Sequence record: OQ471969.1
Length of the DNA: 64,000 nt
Direction: 5' to 3' (one strand)
Origin: Acinetobacter phage vB_AbaM_ABMM1
Numbering within the stretch: the first letter of the stretch is position 1; the number at the start of each line of letters is the position of its first letter. A model generated the notes under the pieces. The model was not told the DNA's origin. It saw nothing but the letters and a program-made list of their open reading frames with translations, and searched no databases. The position numbers and the translations under genes are program-made. Positions 1-10,800 of this stretch are shown here, piece after piece.

Positions 1-1
1 A

Positions 2-265
2 ATCATAGGTGAAGCGCCTGGTATTCAATATCAGAAAAAAACTGATAAAACAGAAATAAAGACCAATCAATCATTAACTGACACAATTATTATTGGTCGT
101 TTTATGCGTGGGCGTTTTGATGCACCGATGACAATACATAAGGGTAATATCCGTGGTGAACTTGGTTATGAACCAAATAATCCTGATTATCGTTGTGTCC
201 AAGATGCGCTAGATCGGGGTGTACCTTCATTACAGGTTCTGCGAGTACCACCAAATATTGGATAA
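2..265 (+). CDS. 3' fragment of a hypothetical protein; the gene starts left of the window and ends ...GVPSLQVLRVPPNIG*
   Basis: Open frame from position 2 to TAA at 263-265; the last 50 nt are repeated at 2013-2062. Confidence 0.4.
   Translation: MIGEAPGIQYQKKTDKTEIKTNQSLTDTIIIGRFMRGRFDAPMTIHKGNIRGELGYEPNNPDYRCVQDALDRGVPSLQVLRVPPNIG
213..262. repeat. 50-bp direct repeat, copy 1 (3' end of the upstream CDS)
   Basis: ggggtgtaccttcattacaggttctgcgagtaccaccaaatattggataa recurs at 2013-2062 with one mismatch. Confidence 0.8.
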
Positions 266-273
266 GTTCTAAA

Positions 274-300
274 AAGAAAGCCAGCTGTATAGCTGGCTTT
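274..300. terminator. Hairpin terminator at the 3' end of the antirepressor gene (minus strand; also usable from plus)
   Basis: aagccagctgtatagctggctt stem-loop followed by a T-run on the minus strand; the same agccagct...agctggct hairpin type follows all three ant copies. Confidence 0.55.
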
Positions 301-350
301 AATATAAGGGGAGTTCCAGTAGGAACGTCTTAATTTAATGATATGCCCTT

Positions 351-1247
351 TCAGTTCACAGGTTCAAAAGGAAAGCGTTTTAATACTTTGCCAAGCTCAA
401 GTACTTCATCCTTATGAAGAAACTCCCATAGCCCATTAAACTTTTCGCGTAGTTGCACGACATTAATGGGCGTGTGGTGTAGAGAATATTGCTGTACTGA
501 AAGAGCGCCGTTTTCCTGAATCGAAATCCAGAAGTTTTTCGGACCTTTGGGAGATTGATACTTTAGCTTCTCACCTACATGCTGTGCTATTTCATAAGCT
601 AGCGGATTTTCTAATGCTGGATACCGTGCAGCGAGATTATCTACAAATTTTTCTAAACGTTTAAGTGTATCTGTTTCGGTTGGGCCTAGCTCATGAAGTG
701 GTATTGTCTCAAGATACTGCTTCGCATCATCAAAATGGATTGAAAGCAATTGGCTATATTTAGCAATTCCAAAGTGGCGATTATGACGTATCCACATAGA
801 GGCTCTTAAACTTCGATCTTTTCCTGCACGACGATCGACGATTGCATGTAAAGCATGCTGTTGTTCAGGTGAGATAGCTTTTCTATGATTGATTACTTGG
901 CCTTTTGTCCAGTAATTCCATAAGACATCATCACATTCGTTTTGGTACATGATGACAGTGTCACGAAGTTCAGGTTTTACTTTGTTAGGACTGATGGTGG
1001 TGAGCCAAGCAAGAAGTTTTCTTAGTGGTAGACAAACCATTTCCTGTAAGTCGCCAAGAGTAGGTATAACGATTTTCGTTATACCCCATCGTTGAGGATT
1101 GGCATTCAGTTTTGCTAATTGAGACTGCCAAGCTAACCCCATACCCTCAACAATAGGCTTCATGGGTGTATATGGCTGACCATCATGTTCCACCAAGTAC
1201 AACTCAGCATTGTGGAAAGGTACGGTGATTTGAGTTAAAGTAGTCAT
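351..1247 (-). CDS. Phage antirepressor-like protein (Ant/KilAC-type), paralog 1 of 3
   Basis: 298 aa; N-terminal VPFHNAEL...PMKPIVEGMGL and central DTVIMYQ.ECDDVLW.YWTKGQ blocks are shared with the ORFs at 25392-26291 and 55768-56709. Confidence 0.6.
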   Translation of the reverse strand: MTTLTQITVPFHNAELYLVEHDGQPYTPMKPIVEGMGLAWQSQLAKLNANPQRWGITKIVIPTLGDLQEMVCLPLRKLLAWLTTISPNKVKPELRDTVIMYQNECDDVLWNYWTKGQVINHRKAISPEQQHALHAIVDRRAGKDRSLRASMWIRHNRHFGIAKYSQLLSIHFDDAKQYLETIPLHELGPTETDTLKRLEKFVDNLAARYPALENPLAYEIAQHVGEKLKYQSPKGPKNFWISIQENGALSVQQYSLHHTPINVVQLREKFNGLWEFLHKDEVLELGKVLKRFPFEPVN

Positions 1248-1275
1248 GTCTAATTTCCTCTTAGAGATTGGATAT

Positions 1276-1317
1276 AACCCCTTGTTTACTTTGATCGGTA
1301 CAAGGGGTTCTTTTTAT
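1276..1317 (+). terminator. Intrinsic-terminator-like hairpin on the strand antisense to the ant leader
   Basis: aaccccttgt / acaaggggtt 10-bp inverted repeat followed by ctttttat; lies 30-70 nt upstream of the ant start codon on the opposite strand. Confidence 0.5.
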
Positions 1318-1450
1318 CAAGACCATATCCTGTCCTGATGAGTTAAATATAACAACTATTAAATATAATAGCAATTACGAGTATTAATAAAATTATATTT
1401 AATAGCAATTGTTCTTGTGATACACTGAACTAAATATTTTTTGGTATATC

Positions 1451-1705
1451 GTGATGGTTGAAAAAAACAATGTCGCAACTTTGCGAGAGCAAGCTGGTAT
1501 GACAGTTTATCAATTAGCTAAACAATGCGGATTTATATCAAATAATCATGTGCTTAATAGGTATATAAAAGATGCAGAAGCAGGAAAACACATCAGTGTT
1601 TATCGTGCCTTACTCATTTACACCGAACTAAAAAAAGCTGGTGTATGCGAGAAGTTTGAAGATGTCTTTTGGCTTGAATGTGATGATAAAGATATCGAAA
1701 ACTAA
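1451..1705 (+). CDS. Small HTH DNA-binding protein divergent from ant (Cro/Mnt-like role proposed)
   Basis: 84 aa; TVYQLAKQCGFISNNHV helix-turn-helix-like segment; the C-terminal 24 aa are identical to the ORF at 26493-26741. Confidence 0.55.
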   Translation: MMVEKNNVATLREQAGMTVYQLAKQCGFISNNHVLNRYIKDAEAGKHISVYRALLIYTELKKAGVCEKFEDVFWLECDDKDIEN

Positions 1706-1795
1706 AATATTTTTCTTGTGGAGTTGGAACTAACTAACTTCTAAGCTTTCCTCATTGTAAATAATGGCTTTATTCAATGAATAGGGTCATTATTA

Positions 1796-1927
1796 TGTCC
1801 AAAGCTTTAGCTTATGCACCGGCAGTAAATACAGCTAGAACAAAGTTGCCCAGTACTGAATCAGATCCTTTCTATTTTAGGCACATTACAAGAAAATCAG
1901 TTATTATGAAAATCATAACAACTTGAT
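1796..1927 (+). pseudogene. Truncated 5' copy of the 26829-27623 gene (MSKALAYAPAVNTA...)
   Basis: The first ~30 codons are ~90% identical at nucleotide level to 26829 onward, then diverge to a stop after 43 codons. Confidence 0.5.
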
Positions 1928-1959
1928 TAACTATTTGTTTTAACTTAACAAACTGAGAA

Positions 1960-2012
1960 GCCCAATCTAAGCCAATGCCATCAACGATATGCTTCATGGG
2001 TGTGTATCGGGG
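1960..2012 (-). pseudogene. ~50-nt fragment of a further antirepressor copy, abutting repeat copy 2
   Basis: ctaagccaatgccatcaacgatatgcttcatgggtgt resembles ant1 positions 1133-1172 (minus strand encodes ...PMKHIVDGIGL...). Confidence 0.4.
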
Positions 2013-2062
2013 TGTACCTTCAGTACAGGTTCTGCGAGTACCACCAAATATTGGATAAAAAG
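2013..2062. repeat. 50-bp direct repeat, copy 2
   Basis: 49/50 identical to 213-262. Confidence 0.8.
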
Positions 2063-2238
2063 CTGATTTAAAAAGCTACCTTTTAGGGTGGCTTTTTTAT
2101 TAAGACCTATTAAGTGGTTGTTAAACAGGTCTTGAAACAGATCTTCAAATTGTTTATATTGAGTTAACCCTGTAGCAAACTTAACTTTCTGAGGACGGTT
2201 CTAATCAATTGGCTACAAATTGATGTAGGACACATCAA

Positions 2239-2526
2239 ATGAGAAACGTCATGAACCACATAATCCATAGTCGATTTGTGGCTAGTGTTTCTGAATTAAA
2301 AAAGAATCCTACAGCAGTTGTACAAAATGCTTTTGGCGAAGCAGTAGCTATTCTGAATAGAAATAATCCAGAATTCTACTGTGTTCCGGCAGCAATGTAT
2401 GAACGCATGATGGATCTAATTGAAGATCAGGAACTAATTAAACTAGCCGAGCAAGTTGATACTGACGAAACTGTGAAGGTATCTATTAATGAGTTACGAG
2501 CTAGAGTTCTCAAAAACAGCTCTTAA
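2239..2526 (+). CDS. Type II antitoxin, Phd/YefM-like
   Basis: 95 aa; overlaps the downstream RelE/ParE-like ORF by 38 nt; small acidic antitoxin-like protein. Confidence 0.65.
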   Translation: MRNVMNHIIHSRFVASVSELKKNPTAVVQNAFGEAVAILNRNNPEFYCVPAAMYERMMDLIEDQELIKLAEQVDTDETVKVSINELRARVLKNSS

Positions 2527-2755
2527 AAAGTTTGACAAACTTAACCCACAAATCGCTGAGCAGTTTATTCGTAAGCTGGAAGCAATCCTAGATAACCCTA
2601 AGATACCGAAGAATAAGCTGAGAGGATCAGTTGATCTATATAAGATTAAACTGAAATCAGCAGGATACCGCCTTTTATATCAAGTCAAGGATGATGTAGT
2701 CGTAGTTCTTGTTCTTGATGTAGATAGGCGAGATGTTATCTATAAACAGATGTGA
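2489..2755 (+). CDS. Type II toxin, RelE/ParE family
   Basis: 88 aa; YRLLYQVKDD.VVVLVLDVDRRDVIY resembles the RelE/ParE core. Confidence 0.7.
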   Translation: MSYELEFSKTALKKFDKLNPQIAEQFIRKLEAILDNPKIPKNKLRGSVDLYKIKLKSAGYRLLYQVKDDVVVVLVLDVDRRDVIYKQM

Positions 2756-2757
2756 TA

Positions 2758-2782
2758 TAGCCCGCTTTTGCGGGTTTTTTAT
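2758..2782 (+). terminator. Rho-independent terminator
   Basis: gcccgcttttgcgggtttttt directly after the toxin stop codon. Confidence 0.75.
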
Positions 2783-2866
2783 TAATATAAAGTCAGTTTT
2801 CTAAAATGGAACTGATTAAAAACCAATAGCAAAAACATCCTTAATCTTGTTGCATAAATCTGCATT

Positions 2867-3526
2867 TTGAGCATCAAAATTATGCAACAATCTAATCCGA
2901 TTTTACTAAATCAGCTTAAACAAGATTACATTGCTCTACAGCAACTTGGTTCACCATTATTAGCGTGTCAGGGGATGTTTGTTCCTCGTGGCATGGAAGA
3001 CCTTCGCTTCTTATTTAAAAGTTGCCCACGGCCAATTGTGAGTAATGAAGATCCAGCAGAAGTTCAATATGCGGGTGGATTTACTGGAATTGTTGCTGGT
3101 CCCCCGAAAACCCATTACACAGGCAACCTTCAAATCCTAGTAACTGAAGCAGGGCATGATCAACTATTAGCTGAATATGTCGTAGCTAGTGGTGGAATCA
3201 TCCATGGTGATTATTACGATGGCCGTTTAGGTAGTTTTACCCGTTCTTATGCACTTGAAAACTGTGCTATACGCTTTGAGTCAGCTGAGTATGATTCAGA
3301 TAGCCGATCTCAAGTTATGACAGTTTCTTGCCCAATCGACTATAACTACTTTGGTAGCTTCGCAAACATTGGTACCAACGGCAGTATTCAGCCGGGTAAA
3401 AAAGAAATTGATGGTACAGCTGAACTTGTGAATCGCGTTCAGCAGGTAATCAATACTGCTCAACAAGCTGTACGCAACTCAACGATTAATGCGACATCAC
3501 GTACATTAGGCAATCTTTTCGGGTAA
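2867..3526 (+). CDS. Phage tail/baseplate-associated protein (function unknown)
   Basis: 219-aa ORF; TAATG-coupled to the next ORFs of the tail operon; the true start may be ATG at 2882. Confidence 0.35.
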   Translation: MSIKIMQQSNPILLNQLKQDYIALQQLGSPLLACQGMFVPRGMEDLRFLFKSCPRPIVSNEDPAEVQYAGGFTGIVAGPPKTHYTGNLQILVTEAGHDQLLAEYVVASGGIIHGDYYDGRLGSFTRSYALENCAIRFESAEYDSDSRSQVMTVSCPIDYNYFGSFANIGTNGSIQPGKKEIDGTAELVNRVQQVINTAQQAVRNSTINATSRTLGNLFG

Positions 3527-3975
3527 TGGCTATGAAGTTATTACCTGAATCTGAAGGGTATGCTGTAGTTGCTGGTTCTATCCAGCAACTTTCAGAAGAA
3601 CTCTATAAAGAATATCAATTATCGGGCTATTCAATTTTGCTTGATGATATCGTGAAAGCATTTTTAGATGAGGCAAAATATTATGCCGGATGGGCTGTTT
3701 TAGATTGTCAAACTAAAGCTACCACGAGTATTGAACTGAATGAAACTATCGAACTTAGCGGTGATGAGTACGTAATCATCCAACCTTTAGTAAAAGCTCA
3801 CTGTGATCTTTTGCAAGCTAGATTGGTTGAAGCTACTCGTGGGCTCGGAGTCGAAAGTTATGGGCTATCTGTATCAGAAGCTCAACAGAACTATAATGAA
3901 AAGAAAGACGCTTTGCCTAAACTTGCGTTTTGTATGGCCCCAATGAGTTTTAATTTTAACTTGGGGAACCGTTAA
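3526..3975 (+). CDS. Phage tail-associated protein
   Basis: 149 aa; start overlaps the previous stop (TAATG). Confidence 0.35.
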   Translation: MAMKLLPESEGYAVVAGSIQQLSEELYKEYQLSGYSILLDDIVKAFLDEAKYYAGWAVLDCQTKATTSIELNETIELSGDEYVIIQPLVKAHCDLLQARLVEATRGLGVESYGLSVSEAQQNYNEKKDALPKLAFCMAPMSFNFNLGNR

Positions 3976-4868
3976 TGCAAATCACCATTGTATCTGCGGG
4001 TAAAATTATTCCAGCGTCTGAGCTGATTAGTGCAACTTTAAGAACTGATCTCGTACCTATTCCCGCATCTATTGAGTTCACAGTTCAATCTACTACTGAA
4101 TTAGACTCCCTTTTAAAAGAAGGGGAGCTACTTACTGTAAATGACATATCTCATCCTTTCGAACTTATCAAAGTTACCCCTCTAAAAACTCAGACTATTA
4201 AACAAGATCGGCGAGTAGGTGGCATCTCATGTATTGGTATTTTGGCTGGTTGTAAAAGACTTATCGAATATTCAAAGCAAGCAATTATTAGTAATGAAAC
4301 TTCTTTTAATTCAGTAATTCGAGCTTGTGGTGCAACGATCAGTCTGGGCAGTGATTTACCTTTGCCTAAATTTGTTTGTTTAAAGGGTAGTATGCCTACA
4401 CAGCGCTTGGCTCATTATCTTCAGCAAGAAGCGGCAGTAATTTGCTTTCAAAATAATAAAGTGTCTGCTCAAAAAATTGATTCTTTTTTCAAAAAGGAAC
4501 CAGTCACAAAACTAGATCCTAGCAGTGTCGTTTGGATATCCAGTAAACCTTTGGAACTGATGCAAAAATCATCTTTCGTGACCGTGGAGAATAACGGTTC
4601 AACGGTTGTTGGTGATGACTCAATAACCCCAGGCCACACTGTTACGCAAAGAGCTGGTTTAGATGCCCGACAAGTTAAAAACTTAGAAAAAGTTTTGATC
4701 TTGCGGGGAACCATAATCAGGCCGCTAAATTTGAATTGGAATGCGGGCGATATATTCGAAATTGATAGTAAGAAGTATATCGTTTTAACAGCTGCACATC
4801 ATATAGATACAGGCGCAATCGGGGGATCAATGGGGACTTCATCAAAGTTCTGGATTGCTAATTTGTAG
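3975..4868 (+). CDS. Phage tail-associated protein
   Basis: 297 aa; TAATG coupling; immediately precedes the giant tail protein. Confidence 0.35.
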   Translation: MQITIVSAGKIIPASELISATLRTDLVPIPASIEFTVQSTTELDSLLKEGELLTVNDISHPFELIKVTPLKTQTIKQDRRVGGISCIGILAGCKRLIEYSKQAIISNETSFNSVIRACGATISLGSDLPLPKFVCLKGSMPTQRLAHYLQQEAAVICFQNNKVSAQKIDSFFKKEPVTKLDPSSVVWISSKPLELMQKSSFVTVENNGSTVVGDDSITPGHTVTQRAGLDARQVKNLEKVLILRGTIIRPLNLNWNAGDIFEIDSKKYIVLTAAHHIDTGAIGGSMGTSSKFWIANL

Positions 4869-4877
4869 GTCAAATAT

Positions 4878-7800
4878 ATGAATGGTTATAAACGTGCAAA
4901 GATTTTAAGTTACAACGCAAAAGGTCGTACTGCACAAGTACACATTCATGGTTTAACTGATGGCGCGAGTGAAGGCATTACTGCAACTTTTGCCTATCCA
5001 GTCGGTGATAGTGATTTAGATACAGAAATTCAAATTGTGGATGGGGAAGACGTCTATGTCTTCTTTGAAAACGGCAATGAAGAACGTCCAGTAATCCATA
5101 GTTATGTCAGTCACGGAGACGGCGCAATTGTAGGTGTGCGCCGTATTCGACAAGACAATATTGAATTTATCTCTAAAGAAAATTTAAAAGTAGATTCTGG
5201 CACAACTGTATCTATTAAAACGCCGTTGATGAATGTGCAAGCTAATACACAACAAACTGGTAATAGCACATTAACGGGAAATAGTACTGTAGTAGGTAAT
5301 ACTTCAGTTGCAGGAAATAGTTCTGTTGCAGGCAGTATGGCTGTTGGCACAACACTTACGGTTGCAGGTGTGCCTATTGACCCTAAAGCTATTGAGGGTG
5401 CATTTAAAGACGCTCTTAATAAGTTAGAGAGTTTAAAAGAAGACTTAAAAGAACAAGGCGAAAAAATTGATGAAAACAAAGATCAGATAAGCCAAGAAAT
5501 TGATGAAAAAATAAAAGAAGTAGAAGAGTTAATTGATAATATTAAAGATTCTGATGCCTATAAATTGCTTGAAGAAGGTATTAATCACATTGATGAAGAG
5601 GTGCAAAAAATACATGACCAAGTAAAAGAAGTAGGTCAGATTGCACAAAATAAAGTTGATGAAATTCGGGCTTATATTGATCAAGAAATTATCGATACCA
5701 AACTGATTGTTGAACAGCATGCAAATGATGCAAATATTCGTTTGGATGAAGCCAATAAACGTATTGATCAATCAATTCTGGCAAATGAAGAGTTGGTAGC
5801 TGATGCTCAACAACGGGCAATCCGCGCTGAGAAAGAACTCGATGACAAAATTGGTTTCATCAAGAGAGAAACGGATTCTATTATTGCTGATGTTAGAAGT
5901 GATTCTGATGAAATTCGCTTGGTCGCAGAAAACGCGAAAAAAGTTGCAGACCAAGAAGTTCTAGACCGTAAAAAGCAAGCAGCTGACACTCTTATTGTTA
6001 TTGATCAAACAAAGGCCGCTTTAAAACAAGATATTGATCAAAACTTAGTTAAAGCTGGTCAAATGATTGATGATGCTAAATTAGCATTAGGTGAAGAAAC
6101 TAATACCCTCATTAATCAAAAAATTGAACCAATAGTTAGCAAAACTGAAGCTGCAGTTAAAAAAGTAGATGAATTTGCAGCTCAGTATGTTGAGCTTGAT
6201 AAGAAAGTCGATTCTGGTTTTCTAGCTGAAGCTGAAGCACGTGCAAATGATAAAGAGGCTTTAACTCAAAGTTTTGAGCTTAAGTTTGCTGAAATGCAAA
6301 ACGAATTGGGTAAATCAAATGCCTTAATTTCAGAAGAATCTAAAACTCGTGCAGCTCAAGACAAAGCAATTACTGAACAAATTAGTATTGCTCAATCTCA
6401 AATTGGTGATAACAAAGCTGCCATTAATAGTGTTGAACGAACTGTAGTTGACCTTACCAAATCTGTGGCTGAAAAAACTGACCAAATACAGGCCAGTTTA
6501 GACACAACAAATGCAAGTTTATTAAGTGCTAATGAGTTAGCGCGGATGCAATCACTTGGTAAACCTTTACGTGATGATCCGACGTTTCTTTCTGGTAATG
6601 GGGGATTAAGTGCCTATGTGGTACCAGCAGGCTCAACACTAACTCGACAAGCCAAATCTACGGATAACCCCGTAAATAGTACCCATGAGATGCTTTTAAG
6701 ATCTACATCATCTTTAGGTGGTGGTTGGTATCCAACTGTTCCTACACTTGTAGCTGCGCCTAATAAAACCTTTTTAATAAAACAAATTATTAAAATGCCA
6801 AAAGGGACTTATTTATTACCAGTTGGCAATGCTACAGGTACAGGTGGTTATTTACGAGTACTTGGAAATAAAGAAGGTACTGGCAAGTTTGAGGTTTATT
6901 ACTCTGTTGTTCAGTGTGGCTATGATGCACCAGCAGCTATTCATGGGCATTTTCGTGTATTAGCTGGCACTAATCCACCTTTACCAAGCACTTCAAGCCC
7001 AGTTGATGTAATCCTTGCTGATTATGAGGTCTGGGACATTACAGCACTAAATGACACCATCCCTAAAGCATGGCGTGATCAAATTACTGGTAATGCCTCA
7101 TATATCGAAAAGGTTGAATCATCTGTAAAACTTGTTGATGAGAAACTTGTTTCAGAAGCAAAAAAACTTGAAGAACTAAAGACTGACTATAATTCAAATA
7201 AAACTAAAACAACGTCTGATTTAGCGACAATTACTCAGTCAGTTTCTGATGGGGATAAAGCCTTATCATTACGTATCGACCAAACAAAAGCAGCTCTGGA
7301 AGAAGCAGATCGTCAGTCGAATTCAAATATTCTAGAAGTTACTGAGTCACTAGCTGAATTTGAACAGTCTACCACGACGAAATTTACAGAACTTGATACA
7401 AGTATCTCGAAAGAAAATTTGAAGGTACAAGGTCAGATTGTAGATGTCCAAAAAAGTATATCTACCTTAGAAAGTAATACAAACACTAAAATATCTGGCC
7501 TTTCTTCTTCACTTAAAACTACTGATGATATTGCTAAACTAGCTTTCGATAATGCAGCCGAAGCGCAGCAAACTGGTACAACAGCGGTAAAAGCAACTGA
7601 AGCACTTTCTCAAAATTTATTAAGTCTCAAGTCTCAAACTCAAGTGACTACTGGTGTGAGGGCAGTAGTAACAGCAAAAGGAATTGATGACTGGTCAACT
7701 TGGCGAGCTACAGGTGAAGCTAAAGTACTTCAAGATTCTGATGCATTTGGCGGTTATATTCTTGAGCTTGGTAATAATGCTGGCAATGATGAAGCTTGGG

Positions 7801-10800
7801 TTCATTGGAAAGAATTAGTAAAAATTAATCCAGATACGCTTTATCGGGTGCGTGCACGTTTCCGTCGTGTTGCTGGTGAAAATGGAAGTATTTATTTAGG
7901 TGTTGCATGTAAAACAGCAGATCAAACTAAGTATGTAACAACTACAAATAATCTTGCTGCAGACATGGGCTCATCAAATTACTTGTTGTCTGCAATTAAA
8001 CCAAATTTAGGTGAATGGCAAGAAGTTGTACTTTATCTGAAAGGAAAATCTACAGGTGCAGCTACGGGACTTGGAACAATTGATAATCCGCGTACTTTCC
8101 CAGCACAAGCTGAATTTTATGCCCCAATGTTTATTGGTAACTATGCGGCTCAACCAGGTATAAGTCAGCTTAACTACATTATCGTTGAAGATAACAACTC
8201 TTTAGCTTCAGCAAATGATGCAACAGCAACCGCAAATGATTTATTCAAAACTGCTACTAATAGAACTGAGGCTGAAGCAGAACGGACCAGTAAGCTTGAA
8301 TCAAGAATGCAGAATGCTGAAACAGGTATTCAGAGCAACGCTCAAGCATTATTGAAAACAGCTACAAAGAGTGATCTTGATAGCGCCATGGGACGTGTGG
8401 CTACTGATATCACAGCTGCAGTAGATAATATTAAAATTGGTGGGGTTAATGCGGTAGCTAATTCAGAAGCGCCAAGAAGCTCAACAGCATCAACTAGTCG
8501 TGAATACTTAATGTATGAACGAAGTAAAGAGCTCAAAGCTTTTTATGACGAAAATTTAGATAAGCCGGTTACTATTTCTTTTGACGTGAGTGTGCCCGTT
8601 GCTGGAACAGTACAAGTTTACTCTTCAAATGGATCTGCTCATTACTTTACAACTTCAGTTACTGTAACAAAAGCAAATGAGTTTCAAAGATTTGCAGTTA
8701 CAGTATCCCCTAAAGTACACACTGGAAGTACTACCGAATCAACAATTGAGTTTTATGGAACATACGGTTCTGGTCGAATTCCAACGATTCAAAAATTACA
8801 GATCGAAGCAGGCAATAAGGCTACCGCATGGAGCCCAAGCCCACGTGATACTCAAAGCTCTTTAAATGCCAATGCGGAAGCAATTAAAGTCACTCAAGCT
8901 GAAGTAAAGAAGAATGGTGATACTTTATCTTCTCAAAGTATAGATATTTCTAAGCTTAGAAATGATCTAACTTTGACTAACACTGAAGTAGGGAAAAAAG
9001 CCTCAAGTGAAGCACTTGAAACAACAAATTCAAAAGTAACTGAACAAGCTGGACAGATTAAAGCAGTTACTGAACAATCAAATACCTTATCAGCAAATCT
9101 TAACAAGTCTGCACCAGCTGGCACGAATTTGTTAATCAACTCTAATGTAGTAGGAACTTACAATGGAGTTTCATATCCTCATCTACGCTATAAAGTGGGG
9201 GAAGACTGGGAAGTAGGAGCAAAATACACACTTCTTTGGTGTGCTGAGCATACACGAGGTGCTGGTGATACAAACTCTAATTTAACTGTATATGCTGGTG
9301 GCGGAAGTCAGTGGGTTCAAGCTTGCCCTGCAGGTGCAGGTAAAGTAATTAATAAAGTTACTTTTACAAAAAGTTCTGCAGGCACAGGTAGAGAAATTCA
9401 ATTCTATATGATTAATAAACCTACAGCAGACAAAAATTCTGTAGGTACTGTTTACTGGGCCGTATTGGTTAAAGGGGAATTCATAACTACAGATAATTGG
9501 ATTGCAAGTCCTTACGACTTCAATGCAGCATTCGATCAAGTATCAGCAAATTTAAATGAATTTAAACAAACGTATGTTACTGAAAGTACTGCTTTAGCTA
9601 AAAAAACTCAAAACTTAGAATCAACAATTAATGATCCTGTAAATGGTTTGGCAGCACAGGCTAAACAAATTTCAGACCGGATGACTAAATCTGATGTTGA
9701 TAGCGCAATATCAACTACAACCGAAGCTTTGAAAACAAGTATCGGTGGAAAGGCTTTTGACAACATTGTGGTCGGGGGGAATGTCGAAAAAAGCAAAACG
9801 GGTGGTTATGTACAAATATCATATCCCTTAGCAAAAAGTTTAAATGCACCTGGTATTACTGTTACCGTCAGAGCAAAAGTTACCTTTGATAATGGAGGGA
9901 ACAATGCAGCCAATTTGCGTATATATATTGGCGGAGCTAATGTATTTAATGCAGATGCGCCTATTTTTTCAGCTAGTAAAGACATTTTCGAATTTACCTT
10001 AACTACAATTGCTAGAACAGACTCAACGGTTGTTAATTTTGCTTGTTTTCCAAATTCGTCAGCAAATGCTAATGCCACTACTACAGTGCATTGGGTAGAA
10101 GTTTTTGAGGGTAATAATAAAGCGTTAAATGATAAGGTAAGTACTTCAACTCTAATTAAGGATTACTCTTCTAAAGCAGATACTGCTCAAGCAATAACTT
10201 CTGCAACTGAAACCCTTGAAGCTAAATTTCGTCAAAAATTTGGTGATCTATGGACTAACAGTTCAGCAACTCTTGATAGTACTCGTTATACAAAAACTGA
10301 GACTAATCAAGCGATTGCAGAGGAAAGTAAAATCATCAAAGCCGCTATTTCAACTAGTGGTGGTGATAATATTATTAAAAATGGTGATTTCTCAAGCCCT
10401 TTAGGCACCTTAAATTGGCGTCAAAATTCTGCTGTGGCAGGTAATCTACTTGAAGTTTATAAAGATTCAAAAGGTGCTACTTGGGGGCACTTTAAATCTA
10501 CTGATACAACTACATACTTTAAAGGGTTTATTGAAACTCTGACATTGGCAGATGGTTTAGAGATGAATCAGAAGTACACATTGTCATTTAAAGCAATGTC
10601 GTTGACAGCTGCACAGACTCAAATTTTATTAATTATACACCGTCGAGATTCATCAGGTAGTAACAACCAAATTGGTACTACATGGAATAACATTTCGACT
10701 GATAAAGAAACATTATGTACTTATACCTTTGATACAAATATTATTAATTTACAGCATATTAACTTAATTTTATATTCGCAAGTAGGTTTTGCTCCTGACT

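Noticed and set aside
5111-10404. Several 60-122-aa six-frame ORFs inside the giant tail gene (for example 5111-5479 (-), 5529-5771 (-), 9806-10078 (-), 10216-10404 (+))
   Set aside because: They lie entirely within and mostly antisense to a continuous 10.4-kb coding frame with coherent protein features, have low-complexity translations and no RBS context; they are chance ORFs.
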